Of a stretch of DNA of 64,000 nt, positions 7,549 through 16,212 are shown piece after piece. The stretch is taken from contig OZ241332.1 in assembly GCA_965200125.1 (NCBI GenBank), positions 2,334,413 to 2,398,412 on the forward strand, read 5' to 3'. This DNA is from an uncultured Candidatus Binatia bacterium. Its GTDB lineage: Bacteria; Desulfobacterota; Binatia; Bin18. A program made the position numbers and the translations under genes. The notes under the pieces are model-generated. The model made no database searches. It was not told the DNA's origin and worked only from the letters and a program-made list of their open reading frames with translations. How positions within the stretch are numbered: the stretch's first letter is position 1; every line of letters starts with the position of its first letter.

Positions 7549-8295
7549 ATGCACGGGACTCTGTCAGTCGTGGCCGGCCTGTTGCTCGTGTTCGCGTCGT
7601 GCGAGGAGCCGCCGCGGCCACGCCGACCCACTCCGCTGGACCTGACCCGCGTGGGCACGCTGTCCGGGACCGTTTTCTTCGACGGGCCGGCGCCCGATTC
7701 GTCCCAACTCCAACTCGGCGGCTGGTCCGAGTGCGCCGCCCAGCACGACGGGCCGGTCTCGGCCGCGGACGTGCTGGTCACGGACGGGCGGTTGCAGAAC
7801 GCGCTCGTGTACATCGAGGACGGCTTGGGCGAGCGGGTGTTCGCGGTGCCCGAACGGCCGGTCGTGAGCGACCAGCAGGGCTGCCGCTTTTTGCCGCGCA
7901 TTCTGGCGGCGCAGGTGGATCAACCCATCCGTTTTCTCAACAGCGACCCGCTGGCGCACAACGTCCACGGCCTGCCCGCACGTTCGCGGCAGTGGAACTT
8001 CAGCCTCGGCCTCAAAGGGACCTCACGCACGCTCAGCGTAGGGGCCGAGGAAGTCGGCATCGAAATCAAGTGTGACATCCACGGCTGGATGCGGAGTTAC
8101 CTCGGCGTGTTCGACCATCCGTATTTCGCGCTGAGCGCCGGGGACGGCACGTTCACGCTCGCCGACGTGCCGCCGGGGCGATACACCGTCGCGGCGTGGC
8201 ACGAACGTTTCGGTTCGCGTTCCCAATCGGTCATCCTCGATGAACGCGGGGAAGAAATCGTGGCGTTCAGGTTTTCGACTGCGGCGGACGGGTAA
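7549..8295 (+). CDS. Lipoprotein with a cupredoxin-like (type-1 copper ligand pattern) domain plus a carboxypeptidase-regulatory-like domain.
   Basis: Lipobox LLLVFASC. HNVHG ... CDIHGWM gives a His / Cys-x2-His-x2-Met ligand spacing. The C-terminus is GDGTFTLADVPPGRYTVAAWHERFG. Confidence 0.6.
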   Translation: MHGTLSVVAGLLLVFASCEEPPRPRRPTPLDLTRVGTLSGTVFFDGPAPDSSQLQLGGWSECAAQHDGPVSAADVLVTDGRLQNALVYIEDGLGERVFAVPERPVVSDQQGCRFLPRILAAQVDQPIRFLNSDPLAHNVHGLPARSRQWNFSLGLKGTSRTLSVGAEEVGIEIKCDIHGWMRSYLGVFDHPYFALSAGDGTFTLADVPPGRYTVAAWHERFGSRSQSVILDERGEEIVAFRFSTAADG

Positions 8296-8342
8296 GGTGG
8301 TAGATCGGCCTGCAATTCCGGGCTTATGCGCCGGTGCGGGGA

Positions 8343-8424
8343 ACCCTCACCCCCGGATCAAGTCCGGGGCAGGCTCTAACCCTCTCCCTGGTCCCTGAGC
8401 CTGTCGAAGGGGAGGGAGAGGGGA
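8343..8424. repeat. REP-like element, family B (..cccccggatcaagtccggggcaggctcta.ccctctccctggtccctgagcctgtcgaagggg..).
   Basis: Near-identical to 10002-10083. A partial copy lies at 2378-2420 and a reverse copy at 9427-9496. Confidence 0.75.
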
Positions 8425-8649
8425 TTTGCTTTTGATTTCTTCATAATTCCCTATAGCCTGTTCACTTCTTCTCGCTTTCTATATCTCTGAGAAGAAAAGG
8501 AATTCGCCTTTTATCCCTCTCCCTCTGGGAGAGGGTTAGGGTGAGGGCGCCCGAGACGTGATCCAAGGAAGAGAGAATTTTCAGACTGCGGCCTGCCCCG
8601 GCCGAGGATGAGCCGGTCGCGCCCGGCGTCCGGCATCCCCGGCCGTCCG

Positions 8650-9336
8650 CTAATCCACCGGCCACTCCTTGGCGACCTTGCCGCCGACCTGAAAGATCAG
8701 GTGGTAGGCCAAGCCGAAGCCGATCACCAGCACGACCGTCACCCACAAGGGGCTGAAGGTCAGGGACGGATAATGTCCAGAGCCTGCGAACATGGCGAAC
8801 AGCATCGGCACGGACAGGAACGTGTTGGTGCGCGAGGCGAGCAGCGCCTTCTTGGGCAACGCCGGGTCCGGCGCTTCGCCCTTGACCGTCGCCGTGATGA
8901 TCTGCTGCTGGGCCGGCCAGATGATGAACCACACGTTGAACCACATGACCGTACCGAACAGCGCGCCCATCGTGATCCACAGGCCGGCGCTCGACCCGAA
9001 CAGGCCGGCGTCGCCCGTGAATCCGCTCCCCAACAGGAAGTACTTCCACAGAATCATCAACAAGCCGGACAGGAAGGTGAACATCGCGCCCCAACGGAAC
9101 CACCACAGCGTGCGCGGCATCAACTGGGGCACGACCTGCTTGCGGACGTCGGCCTCGAGCGCCCCCTGAAAATGGGCGTTGATGAGATTGAAGTAGTACA
9201 GCAGGCCGATCCAGGTAATCCCGGCCAGCAGATGCACCCACCGGAACAGGGCTTGTACTATGTCGTTCCTGTCGATCGAGGTAATCCCGGCCAGCAGATG
9301 TACCCACCGGAATAGGGTTTCTACGATGTCGTCCAT
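8650..9336 (-). CDS. Polytopic membrane protein related to the PuuD/urate-hydroxylase N-terminal membrane domain family. It carries an in-frame N-terminal tandem duplication.
   Basis: LFRWVHLLAGITWIGLLYYFN resembles the RW.H..AGI.WIG..FYF block of that family. Several hydrophobic helices are present. The family call is from memory only. Confidence 0.5.
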   Translation of the reverse strand: MDDIVETLFRWVHLLAGITSIDRNDIVQALFRWVHLLAGITWIGLLYYFNLINAHFQGALEADVRKQVVPQLMPRTLWWFRWGAMFTFLSGLLMILWKYFLLGSGFTGDAGLFGSSAGLWITMGALFGTVMWFNVWFIIWPAQQQIITATVKGEAPDPALPKKALLASRTNTFLSVPMLFAMFAGSGHYPSLTFSPLWVTVVLVIGFGLAYHLIFQVGGKVAKEWPVD

Positions 9337-9426
9337 GCAGCTTCCCCCTTCTTTCCGCCGACGTACCGCTACTTAAACGCCGCGGCCCGGCCCGAGTCAA
9401 TGACGACCGCTCCGCTCCCTTCTTCC

Positions 9427-9496
9427 TCCCCTTCGACAGGCTCAGGGACCAGGGAGAGGGCTAGGGTGAGGGTCTGCGTGATCCGGAGGGTGAAGG
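9427..9496. repeat. REP-like element, family B, reverse orientation, with an internal deletion.
   Basis: ccttcgacaggctcagggaccagggagagggctagggtgagggt is the reverse complement of the family B core. Confidence 0.65.
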
Positions 9497-9600
9497 CAAC
9501 TTGCAAACCGACACTTTCCCCCGCCGATCTGTCCCGCTCCAAGGCGCTGCGCTAGATACCCACTCGTGCGCAACGCACGCAGCCGACGGAGGCCATTCAC

Positions 9601-9978
9601 GTGACATATCTACTGGTCGGGCTCGGAGGGTTTCTGGGCGCGGTATGCCGCTTCGCGGTGGCAACCTGGGCGGCGCGCCTGTTCGGGGGGCCGTTTCCGC
9701 TCGGCACGTTCATCGCCAACGTCAGCGGGAGCTTCCTGTTGGGCGTTACCCTCGCCGTGCTGGAAGATAAGGCGTTGTTGAATACGCCTCAGCGCCACTT
9801 TCTGGTCGCCGGATTTCTGGGGGCGTACACCACGTTTTCGACCTTCAGCTACGAGTCCCTGCACCTGTTCCAGCACGGCCCGATGCTGATCGGGGTGCTG
9901 AACGTGGCGGGCAGCGTGGCGTTGGGCCTGATCGGGGTCTGGGGAGGATTCGCGCTGGCCCGATGGGGGGTTGGATAG
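9601..9978 (+). CDS. crcB: Fluoride ion channel CrcB/FluC.
   Basis: GLGGFLGAVCRF, GTFIANVSGSFLLG and GFLGAYTTFSTFSYE. The 125-aa length is typical. Confidence 0.9.
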   Translation: MTYLLVGLGGFLGAVCRFAVATWAARLFGGPFPLGTFIANVSGSFLLGVTLAVLEDKALLNTPQRHFLVAGFLGAYTTFSTFSYESLHLFQHGPMLIGVLNVAGSVALGLIGVWGGFALARWGVG

Positions 9979-10001
9979 CGAACGGCGGCGGCAGGCCGGG
10001 G

Positions 10002-10170
10002 ACCCTCTCCCCCGGATCAAGTCCGGGGCAGGCTCTAGCCCTCTCCCTGGTCCCTGAGCCTGTCGAAGGGGAGGGAGAGGGAATTAGGAAGAAAAAACAG
10101 AACCTCTCCTTAGTCCCTGAGCCTGCGGTGCCCTGAGCTTGTCGAAGGGTCGAAGGGGTGGGAGAGGGGA
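10002..10170. repeat. Family B element (10002-10083) followed by a family A element (10103-10170).
   Basis: Sequence identity by eye to 8343-8424 and to 2921-3018 / 4152-4252. Confidence 0.75.
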
Positions 10171-10371
10171 TACAGGATAGTTCTGAAGTCAAGGTCTCCG
10201 CGGTATCCCTGCACAAGCAAGCATCCATGTTCCGATCTCCCGCTTCCGCGGGACTAACGATCGGGATGGAAACGTCAACCGTCCAATTCCCAATAAAGAG
10301 CAAATCCCCTCCCCCTCTGGGGGAGGGTTAGGGAGAGGGAATTTCCGAAGTGAGGCAGGCCCCCGATTCGA

Positions 10372-11340
10372 TCAGTGAATCGGGGCGTCGTCGATGCTGT
10401 AGTTGATGTAGGCCGCGGTCACCAGATCGTGGAGTCGCCGGCAGTGGTCTCCGACCTGTTGCAGGACGGCGTCCCGGTCCTGCCGGTCGGGCCATTCGTA
10501 GCGCACCAGGGCGCACACCCGGCCGGCGAGCCGCTGGGCCGCGTCCGCGGCAGGCGAACCCGGGCTCGGCGCAATCGCGGCCAACTCTTCGGCGACGCCG
10601 TCGAGCGAGCAGCACAGCGAGCCGGGGAGTGACACGTCCGTGGCCAGCAAGTCCAGAACGTGGTCCGGCTGCACTTCGACGCTGTAGTGGCGATTGTAGG
10701 CGTCGAATGCCTGATAGAAGCGCAGCAGGCTGCCCCAGTCGGCGTCGAGCGACTCGTCCTGCGGCGTGCCGGCGGCGAGTTGCGCCCCCAGCAGAGAGAC
10801 CGAAAGTTGCGCGCGCTCGATGAAACGCCCGACCCGCATGAAGTGCCAGCCTTGATCCCGGTACATGGTCGTTTCCGCCACCCCGGCGAACGTGTCCATC
10901 GCGCGCGCGGTCTCCGCGTAGAAATTCTCGGGCGACGTCTTCCAGATGTCCTGAATGCCCATCGGCCGAAGCTGTAAATAGGTCAGGTTCAGACAGGTCC
11001 ACATCTCGGCGCTGATGCAGTGACGCATCTGGCGCGCGTTCTCGCGCCCGGACCCAATGCAGTTCCAGACCGAATCGGGATTCGACGGCTCGAACGTCAG
11101 GTCGTCCGCCAAGGTGTAGGAGTCGGCCAGGGTGAAGTCGTCGCTGCTCGTCAGGTCCAGGCCGCCGCCGAGTGGCTCGCGGTTGAGACTGGCGTATATC
11201 CGGCTCCAGCCGAAATTGATCTCGCGAACCGGGCGGTCCACCAGCGTCTCCACCTGCAGGCGGAGCAGGCGGCAGAGATGCTCCGCCCGTTCGAGATACC
11301 GGCCCATCCAGTACAAGCCCTGTGCACTCCGCGAAAGCAT
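10372..11340 (-). CDS. Alpha-E domain protein (DUF403).
   Basis: MLSRSAQGLYWMGRYLERAEHLCRLLRL is the canonical N-terminus. The gene sits 1 nt downstream of the ATP-grasp gene. Confidence 0.85.
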   Translation of the reverse strand: MLSRSAQGLYWMGRYLERAEHLCRLLRLQVETLVDRPVREINFGWSRIYASLNREPLGGGLDLTSSDDFTLADSYTLADDLTFEPSNPDSVWNCIGSGRENARQMRHCISAEMWTCLNLTYLQLRPMGIQDIWKTSPENFYAETARAMDTFAGVAETTMYRDQGWHFMRVGRFIERAQLSVSLLGAQLAAGTPQDESLDADWGSLLRFYQAFDAYNRHYSVEVQPDHVLDLLATDVSLPGSLCCSLDGVAEELAAIAPSPGSPAADAAQRLAGRVCALVRYEWPDRQDRDAVLQQVGDHCRRLHDLVTAAYINYSIDDAPIH

Positions 11341-11341
11341 G

Positions 11342-12775
11342 TCAGTCCTCCAACACCCACAAGTCTTTGCCGCCGCCGCCCTGGCTCGAATTCACCACCA
11401 GGCTGCCCCGGCGCAGGGCCACGCGGCAGAAGGCGCCGGGCACCATACGGGTTTCGCGGCCGTGGAGCACGAAGGGCCGCAGGTCCACGTGGCGCGGCTC
11501 GAACCCGCCCTCGATCAGGCACGGCGCACGGGAAAGCGCCAGCGTGGGTTGCGAAATGAAGTCCGCGGGGTCGGCGCGCACCTGTTCGGCGTATTCGCTG
11601 CGCTCCGCGGGCGTGGCGTGCGGGCCGACCAGCATGCCGTAGCCGCCGGACTCTCCCACCCGCTTCACCACCAGCTTGTCGAGATTGTCGAGCGTGTACT
11701 CCAGGTCCTGCGGGCGGCGGCAGAGATACGTCTCCACGTTGGCCAGAATCGGCTCCTCGCTCAGGTAGTAACGGATCATGTCGGGTACGAAGACGTACAC
11801 GCTCTTGTCGTCGGCGACGCCGGTGCCGGGGGCGTTGGCGAGCGCCACGTTGCCACGCTTCCAGGCGTCCAGCAGCCCGGGTACACCGAGCATGGAGTCC
11901 GCGCGGAAGACATTCGGGTCGAGGAAGTCGTCGTCGATGCGGCGGTAGATCACGTCGATCCGCCGCAGGCCGGTCGTGGTGCGCATATAGACGCAGCCGT
12001 CCTTGACGCACAGGTCGCGGCCTTCGACCAGTTCGGCGCCGAGTTCGTGCGCCAGAAACATGTGCTCGTAGAAAGCGGAATTGAACACCCCGGGCGTCAA
12101 GAGGGCGATGCAGGGGTCCGGCCGGCCGGCCGGGGTGAGTTCGCGCAGCGTGCGGAGCAGGAGTTGCCCGTAATGCTCGACCTCCTGCACCCGGCAACTG
12201 CGGTACAGCCGGCGCAAGCTCGCCTTGACCACCTTGCGGTTGGCGATCATGTACGACACGCCCGACGGGACGCGCAGGTTGTCTTCGAGCACGCGGAAGC
12301 CGTCGTTGGTGCGCACGATGTCGGTGCCGCAAATGGCGACCCACGTGCCGTGCGGGACGCTGACTCCGCGCATTTCCGGGCGATACTGCGGGCACTCGTG
12401 CACCATGTCCGCGGGAATCACGCCGTCGGCGATGATCCGGCCGTCGTGGTAGATGTCGTCGAGGAAGCGGTTGAGCGCGGTGAGCCGCTGCGTCAGGCCG
12501 GTTCGGAGATGGCCCCACTCCGCGGCGGAGAGCAGCCGCGGCAGGCAGTCGATGGGAATGATGCGTTCCGACGCCTCGTCGTCCTTGTACACCGTGAAGG
12601 TGATGCCCTCGTTCGAGAAGGACCGCGTCACCCGCTCCTGAATGCTGCCGATTTCCTCGCCCGTCAGCGCCTGCAACGCATCGTGGAGGGGACGGCAGTG
12701 CGGGCGGGCGGTACCGTCGGGCAGGAACATCTCGTCGTAGATGGAAGCGTCGTGGTCGTACCCGGCGAAGTCCAT
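11342..12775 (-). CDS. Circularly permuted type-2 ATP-grasp protein (DUF404/DUF407).
   Basis: Track ORF 11342..12841. I prefer ATG 12775 (MDFAGYDHDASIYDEMFLPDGTARPH), which matches the usual family N-terminus. Confidence 0.85.
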   Translation of the reverse strand: MDFAGYDHDASIYDEMFLPDGTARPHCRPLHDALQALTGEEIGSIQERVTRSFSNEGITFTVYKDDEASERIIPIDCLPRLLSAAEWGHLRTGLTQRLTALNRFLDDIYHDGRIIADGVIPADMVHECPQYRPEMRGVSVPHGTWVAICGTDIVRTNDGFRVLEDNLRVPSGVSYMIANRKVVKASLRRLYRSCRVQEVEHYGQLLLRTLRELTPAGRPDPCIALLTPGVFNSAFYEHMFLAHELGAELVEGRDLCVKDGCVYMRTTTGLRRIDVIYRRIDDDFLDPNVFRADSMLGVPGLLDAWKRGNVALANAPGTGVADDKSVYVFVPDMIRYYLSEEPILANVETYLCRRPQDLEYTLDNLDKLVVKRVGESGGYGMLVGPHATPAERSEYAEQVRADPADFISQPTLALSRAPCLIEGGFEPRHVDLRPFVLHGRETRMVPGAFCRVALRRGSLVVNSSQGGGGKDLWVLED

Positions 12776-12995
12776 GCGTCGTCTCCCCCAATCGATACTG
12801 TTTTCACCCCGCGGCCGTGGAAGCAGGGCGGAACCTAGCATCAGGCAATGCAGGGTTCAACGTTCGGACATGCGGGCGGGAGTGTCGCAGTTGGATACGC
12901 CCAGGCTGATCGATGTTGCGAGGGGCCGGACCCTCTCCGGGAAGGAGAGGGGATGAAAAAAAGAAGGGGATTACATGCTTGAATATCCCACCCTT

Positions 12996-13152
12996 TCGTC
13001 ATTCCCGCGAAACCGGGAATCCAGAGGATGGATATCTGCTTCCGCAGGGGTGCCTCCCTCGTCGCCCCGGCTCCCATACTCGTCGCCCCGGCGAAAGCCG
13101 GGGTCTAGGGGAAAGGTGTCCTCTGGATTCCGGCTTTCGCCGGAATGACGAA
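12996..13152. repeat. MITE-like element with ~33-bp terminal inverted repeats.
   Basis: ttcgtcattcccgcgaaaccgggaatccagagga (12996-13028) is inverted against tcctctggattccggctttcgccggaatgacgaa (13119-13152). Inside there is a ccccggc-gaaa-gccgggg hairpin (13086-13102) and a direct duplicate of ctcgtcgccccggc. Single arms occur at about 10236-10262, 21385-21420 and 58596-58622. Confidence 0.6.
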
Positions 13153-13408
13153 ATGGGCCGGACAGGGTGGGGGGACGGAGGGGTGTGACGAGGAAAAACC
13201 GTCTTCGGGACCGTCTTGTATATGATTCCCAAAAAGAAAGAGATTTAAGGAGCTAAGCGAGAGAGAGGGGAGCAGAAGGATGCCCCCCTCCCGACCCAGG
13301 CCGCGGCGTGATAGCGTCATGACGCCCAAGGCTGGAAACGGTTGACTTGCCGAGGTTCCGTGCGGCAGTCTATGGCGGCTATCCTGAAGGGGACGGTGGA
13401 ACGCGCGC

Positions 13409-14596
13409 ATGGAAGAGAAGAAGAAGTACAAGATCCTGGTCGTTGACGACGAGCCCGATCTGGAGCGGCTCGTGCTGCTGCGGATGCGCCGCGAAGTCCG
13501 GTCCGGCATGTACGAGTTCGTGTTCGCCCACAACGGGGTCGAGGCGCTGGACGTCCTCGGAAAAGACGGGGGCATCGACATGGTGTTGTCGGACATCAAC
13601 ATGCCCCAGATGGACGGCCTGACGTTGCTGGAGCAGATCCCCACGGTGGACCCCGACCTGCGCGCGGTCATCATCTCGGCGTACGGGGACATGAAGAACA
13701 TCCGCACCGCGATGAACCGTGGCGCGTTCGACTTCATCATCAAGCCGATCGACTTCGAGGACTTCCGCGTCACGATCGCGCGGACCCTGAGCCACATGGC
13801 CATGCTGCGCGACGCGTTGGCCTCGCGCGACAAGCTAGTCGCGCTGCAAAACGAACTCGGCGTCGCCAACACCATCCAGCAGTCCATCCTGCCCACCCAG
13901 TTTCCCGACAATCCCGACTATCAAATCGACGGACACATGGTCCCGGCCCGCGGCGTGGGCGGCGACTTCTTCGACGTCGTGCGGCTCGACCAGGGGCGGG
14001 TCGGCTTGGCCGTGGCCGACGTCTCCGACAAGGGCGTGCCGGCCGCGCTGTTCATGATGCTGACCCGCACGCTGCTCAAGGGCGCGGCCATCGGCTGCGC
14101 CGGCCCGGGCGGGGTGCTCAAAGAGGTCAACCGCCTGCTGCACGAAGACAACGACACCGCGATGTTCGTGACCGTGTTCTACGCGATCTTCGACCCGAGC
14201 GACGGCACGCTGGTCTATGCCAACGGCGGCCACAACCCGCCCTTGCTGGTTCACGGCGACGGCAGTTCGGACGTCCTGGCACAGACCGGCGGAATCGCGC
14301 TCGGGTTGCTGCCGGACAACGACTACGCCGAGCAGACCGTCACCCTGGAACCCGGCGAGGCGGTCGTGATGTACACCGACGGCGTGACCGAGGCCGTGAA
14401 CGGGGAGGCCGAAGAGTTCGGCATGGAACGCTTGCAGGGCGTCTTCGGCACGACGCCGCACACCAACGCGCAGGACGCCAACCGCGCCGTGTTTCAGGCG
14501 GTCAGCGACTTCACGGGCGACACGCCCCAGTTCGACGACATCACCGGCTTGACGCTGTATTGCAAGGGCCGGGGCGGCGGAGATGCCGGCGCGTGA
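13409..14596 (+). CDS. Response-regulator receiver fused to a PP2C/SpoIIE phosphatase (RsbU-like).
   Basis: ILVVDDEPD..SDINMPQMDG..KP is the receiver. The C-terminal GGDFFD .. VADVSDKGVPAALFM .. YTDGVTEA is the PP2C domain. Confidence 0.9.
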   Translation: MEEKKKYKILVVDDEPDLERLVLLRMRREVRSGMYEFVFAHNGVEALDVLGKDGGIDMVLSDINMPQMDGLTLLEQIPTVDPDLRAVIISAYGDMKNIRTAMNRGAFDFIIKPIDFEDFRVTIARTLSHMAMLRDALASRDKLVALQNELGVANTIQQSILPTQFPDNPDYQIDGHMVPARGVGGDFFDVVRLDQGRVGLAVADVSDKGVPAALFMMLTRTLLKGAAIGCAGPGGVLKEVNRLLHEDNDTAMFVTVFYAIFDPSDGTLVYANGGHNPPLLVHGDGSSDVLAQTGGIALGLLPDNDYAEQTVTLEPGEAVVMYTDGVTEAVNGEAEEFGMERLQGVFGTTPHTNAQDANRAVFQAVSDFTGDTPQFDDITGLTLYCKGRGGGDAGA

Positions 14597-14608
14597 GGAG
14601 TCCGCAGC

Positions 14609-15031
14609 GTGAGCGCCACCATCACGCTCGACCTGAGCGATCAGTCCGACGAGTTGGCCCGGCTGGCGACAGCCATCCAGGAACTGGCCGAGGGCGAAGA
14701 CTGGCCGGCCGACGTGGCTTTCCAGATCAACCTCTGCCTGGACGAGCTGACCACCAACGTCGTCAAGTACGCCCACGCCGACGACGGGTCGCGGAAGATT
14801 CACATCACGCTGGCCTCGGACCCGGATCTGATCACCATCGAGATGATGGACAACGGCCCGCCCTTCGACCCGCTGCACGATGCCCCGCAGCCCGACCTGG
14901 AAGCGTCGCTCGAAGCGCGCAGAATAGGCGGGCTCGGCATTCACTTCGTGCGCACGCTGATGGACGAGGTGCGGTATCGGCGCGAGCAGGATCGCAACCA
15001 TCTCACCATGATCAAGCGCAGGTCCGCATGA
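14609..15031 (+). CDS. RsbW-like anti-sigma-factor serine kinase (HATPase_c_2).
   Basis: GTG start. Motifs are LCLDELTTNVVKYAH, DNGPPFDP and GGLGIHFVRTLMDEV. The stop overlaps the next ATG (ATGA). Confidence 0.8.
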   Translation: MSATITLDLSDQSDELARLATAIQELAEGEDWPADVAFQINLCLDELTTNVVKYAHADDGSRKIHITLASDPDLITIEMMDNGPPFDPLHDAPQPDLEASLEARRIGGLGIHFVRTLMDEVRYRREQDRNHLTMIKRRSA

Positions 15032-16212
15032 ACCGCCCCTTGCGCCTGTCTTCCGTCGGGGTGCTCGCCGCGGGGCTCCTGCTGTGTTTGCGGGCGGTTA
15101 CGTCCGCCGCGGAGGTCGGCGTGTTCGAGGACCGCATCGTGTTCGGCCAGTCCGCGGCCTTCAGCGGCCCGGCCCAGGAACTCGGCAAGAACATGCGGCG
15201 GGGCATCCGGGCGGCCTTTCGGGAAACGAACGACCAGGGCGGCGTGCATGGCCGCCGGCTCGAATTGATCTCGCTCGACGACGCGTACGAGCCCGAGGCA
15301 GCGATCACCAACACCCGCCGGCTGATCGAAGAGGAACAGGTGTTCGCCCTGATCGGCGCGGTGGGGACGCCGACGTCGCGCTCGGCCACGCCGGTCGCCG
15401 CGGACGCCGGCGTGCCGTACATCGCACCGTTCACGGGCGCCGCGTTCCTGCGCGAACCCAAGTGGGCCAACGTCATCAATCTGCGGGCGTCCTACTATCA
15501 GGAAACCGAGGAAATGGTCGCGCGGCTGACCGAAGACCTGAAAATTCGGCGCATCGCGGTGCTGTATCAGGACGATTCGTTCGGCCGGGCCGGCTACCGC
15601 GGGGCGCGGCGCGCGTTGGAGCGACGGAACATGGACGCGGTGGCGCTCGCCGTCTATCCGCGCAATACCACCGCGGTCAAGACCGCGCTGCTCGAGCTGC
15701 GCCGGCGGACGCCCGAGGCGGTGATCGTGGTCGGATCTTATCAGCCGGTGGCGGCGATGATCGCCTGGTCGCGGCACATCGGGTTCAAGCCGGTGTTCAT
15801 TACGATCTCCTTCGTCGGCAGCAACGCGCTGGCCCAAAAGCTGGGGCCAGCAGGGGCGGGGGTCTTCGTCACCCAGGTGGTGCCCTTCCCGCTCGCGACC
15901 GCCCCGCCCATTCTCGATCGCTACCGGAATGCGATGGCCGTCCACGCCCCCGACACCCCGCCCGGCTTCGTCTCGCTCGAAGGTTACCTGGCCGGGCGGC
16001 TGGCCGTAGCCGCGCTGGAGCGCACGGGCTCGCCGCTCGATCGCGCCGGCTTTCTCGACAGTCTGCGACTAGCGGAACCGGTGGACCTCGACGGTTTCGA
16101 GCTGCGCTACGGCGACGACAACCAGGGATCGGATCTGGTCTTCGTGACCGCCATCGGCCGTAACGGCCGCTATCGGCCGATCAGCCACCTCGGAGAAGCA
16201 GCGCAACCGTGA
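15028..16212 (+). CDS. Periplasmic substrate-binding protein, LivJ/branched-chain amino-acid (type 1 PBP) family.
   Basis: Internal ATG 15028. The signal peptide is MNRPLRLSSVGVLAAGLLLCLRAVTSAAE, followed by IVFGQSAAFSGPAQELG..GGVHGRRLELISLDDAYEP..ALIGAVGTP. Confidence 0.85.
   Translation: MNRPLRLSSVGVLAAGLLLCLRAVTSAAEVGVFEDRIVFGQSAAFSGPAQELGKNMRRGIRAAFRETNDQGGVHGRRLELISLDDAYEPEAAITNTRRLIEEEQVFALIGAVGTPTSRSATPVAADAGVPYIAPFTGAAFLREPKWANVINLRASYYQETEEMVARLTEDLKIRRIAVLYQDDSFGRAGYRGARRALERRNMDAVALAVYPRNTTAVKTALLELRRRTPEAVIVVGSYQPVAAMIAWSRHIGFKPVFITISFVGSNALAQKLGPAGAGVFVTQVVPFPLATAPPILDRYRNAMAVHAPDTPPGFVSLEGYLAGRLAVAALERTGSPLDRAGFLDSLRLAEPVDLDGFELRYGDDNQGSDLVFVTAIGRNGRYRPISHLGEAAQP

Noticed and set aside
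8462-9400. 312-aa minus-strand ORF overlapping the PuuD-like membrane protein gene.
   Set aside because: It is an out-of-frame Arg/Gly/His-rich product. The 8650..9336 frame gives a coherent polytopic membrane protein.
9497-9600. Possible fluoride (crcB-motif) riboswitch upstream of crcB.
   Set aside because: Reading the RNA, I cannot find the conserved GGxGAUG / AACxGC / CUGAUGAxxCCU elements or the P1 helix. Only loose resemblances appear (..GCGCUAGAUACCCAC..). It needs cmsearch before it could be claimed.
2141-10340. Whether the recurring short palindromic repeats could be a CRISPR array.
   Set aside because: The copies are dispersed over many intergenic regions in both orientations. They belong to several unrelated families, are internally palindromic, and have no regular repeat-spacer periodicity. 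No cas genes are present.
13343-13375. ttgact hexamer as a -35 box for the partner-switching operon.
   Set aside because: No acceptable -10 hexamer lies at 16-19 nt spacing, so I cannot call a promoter by eye.
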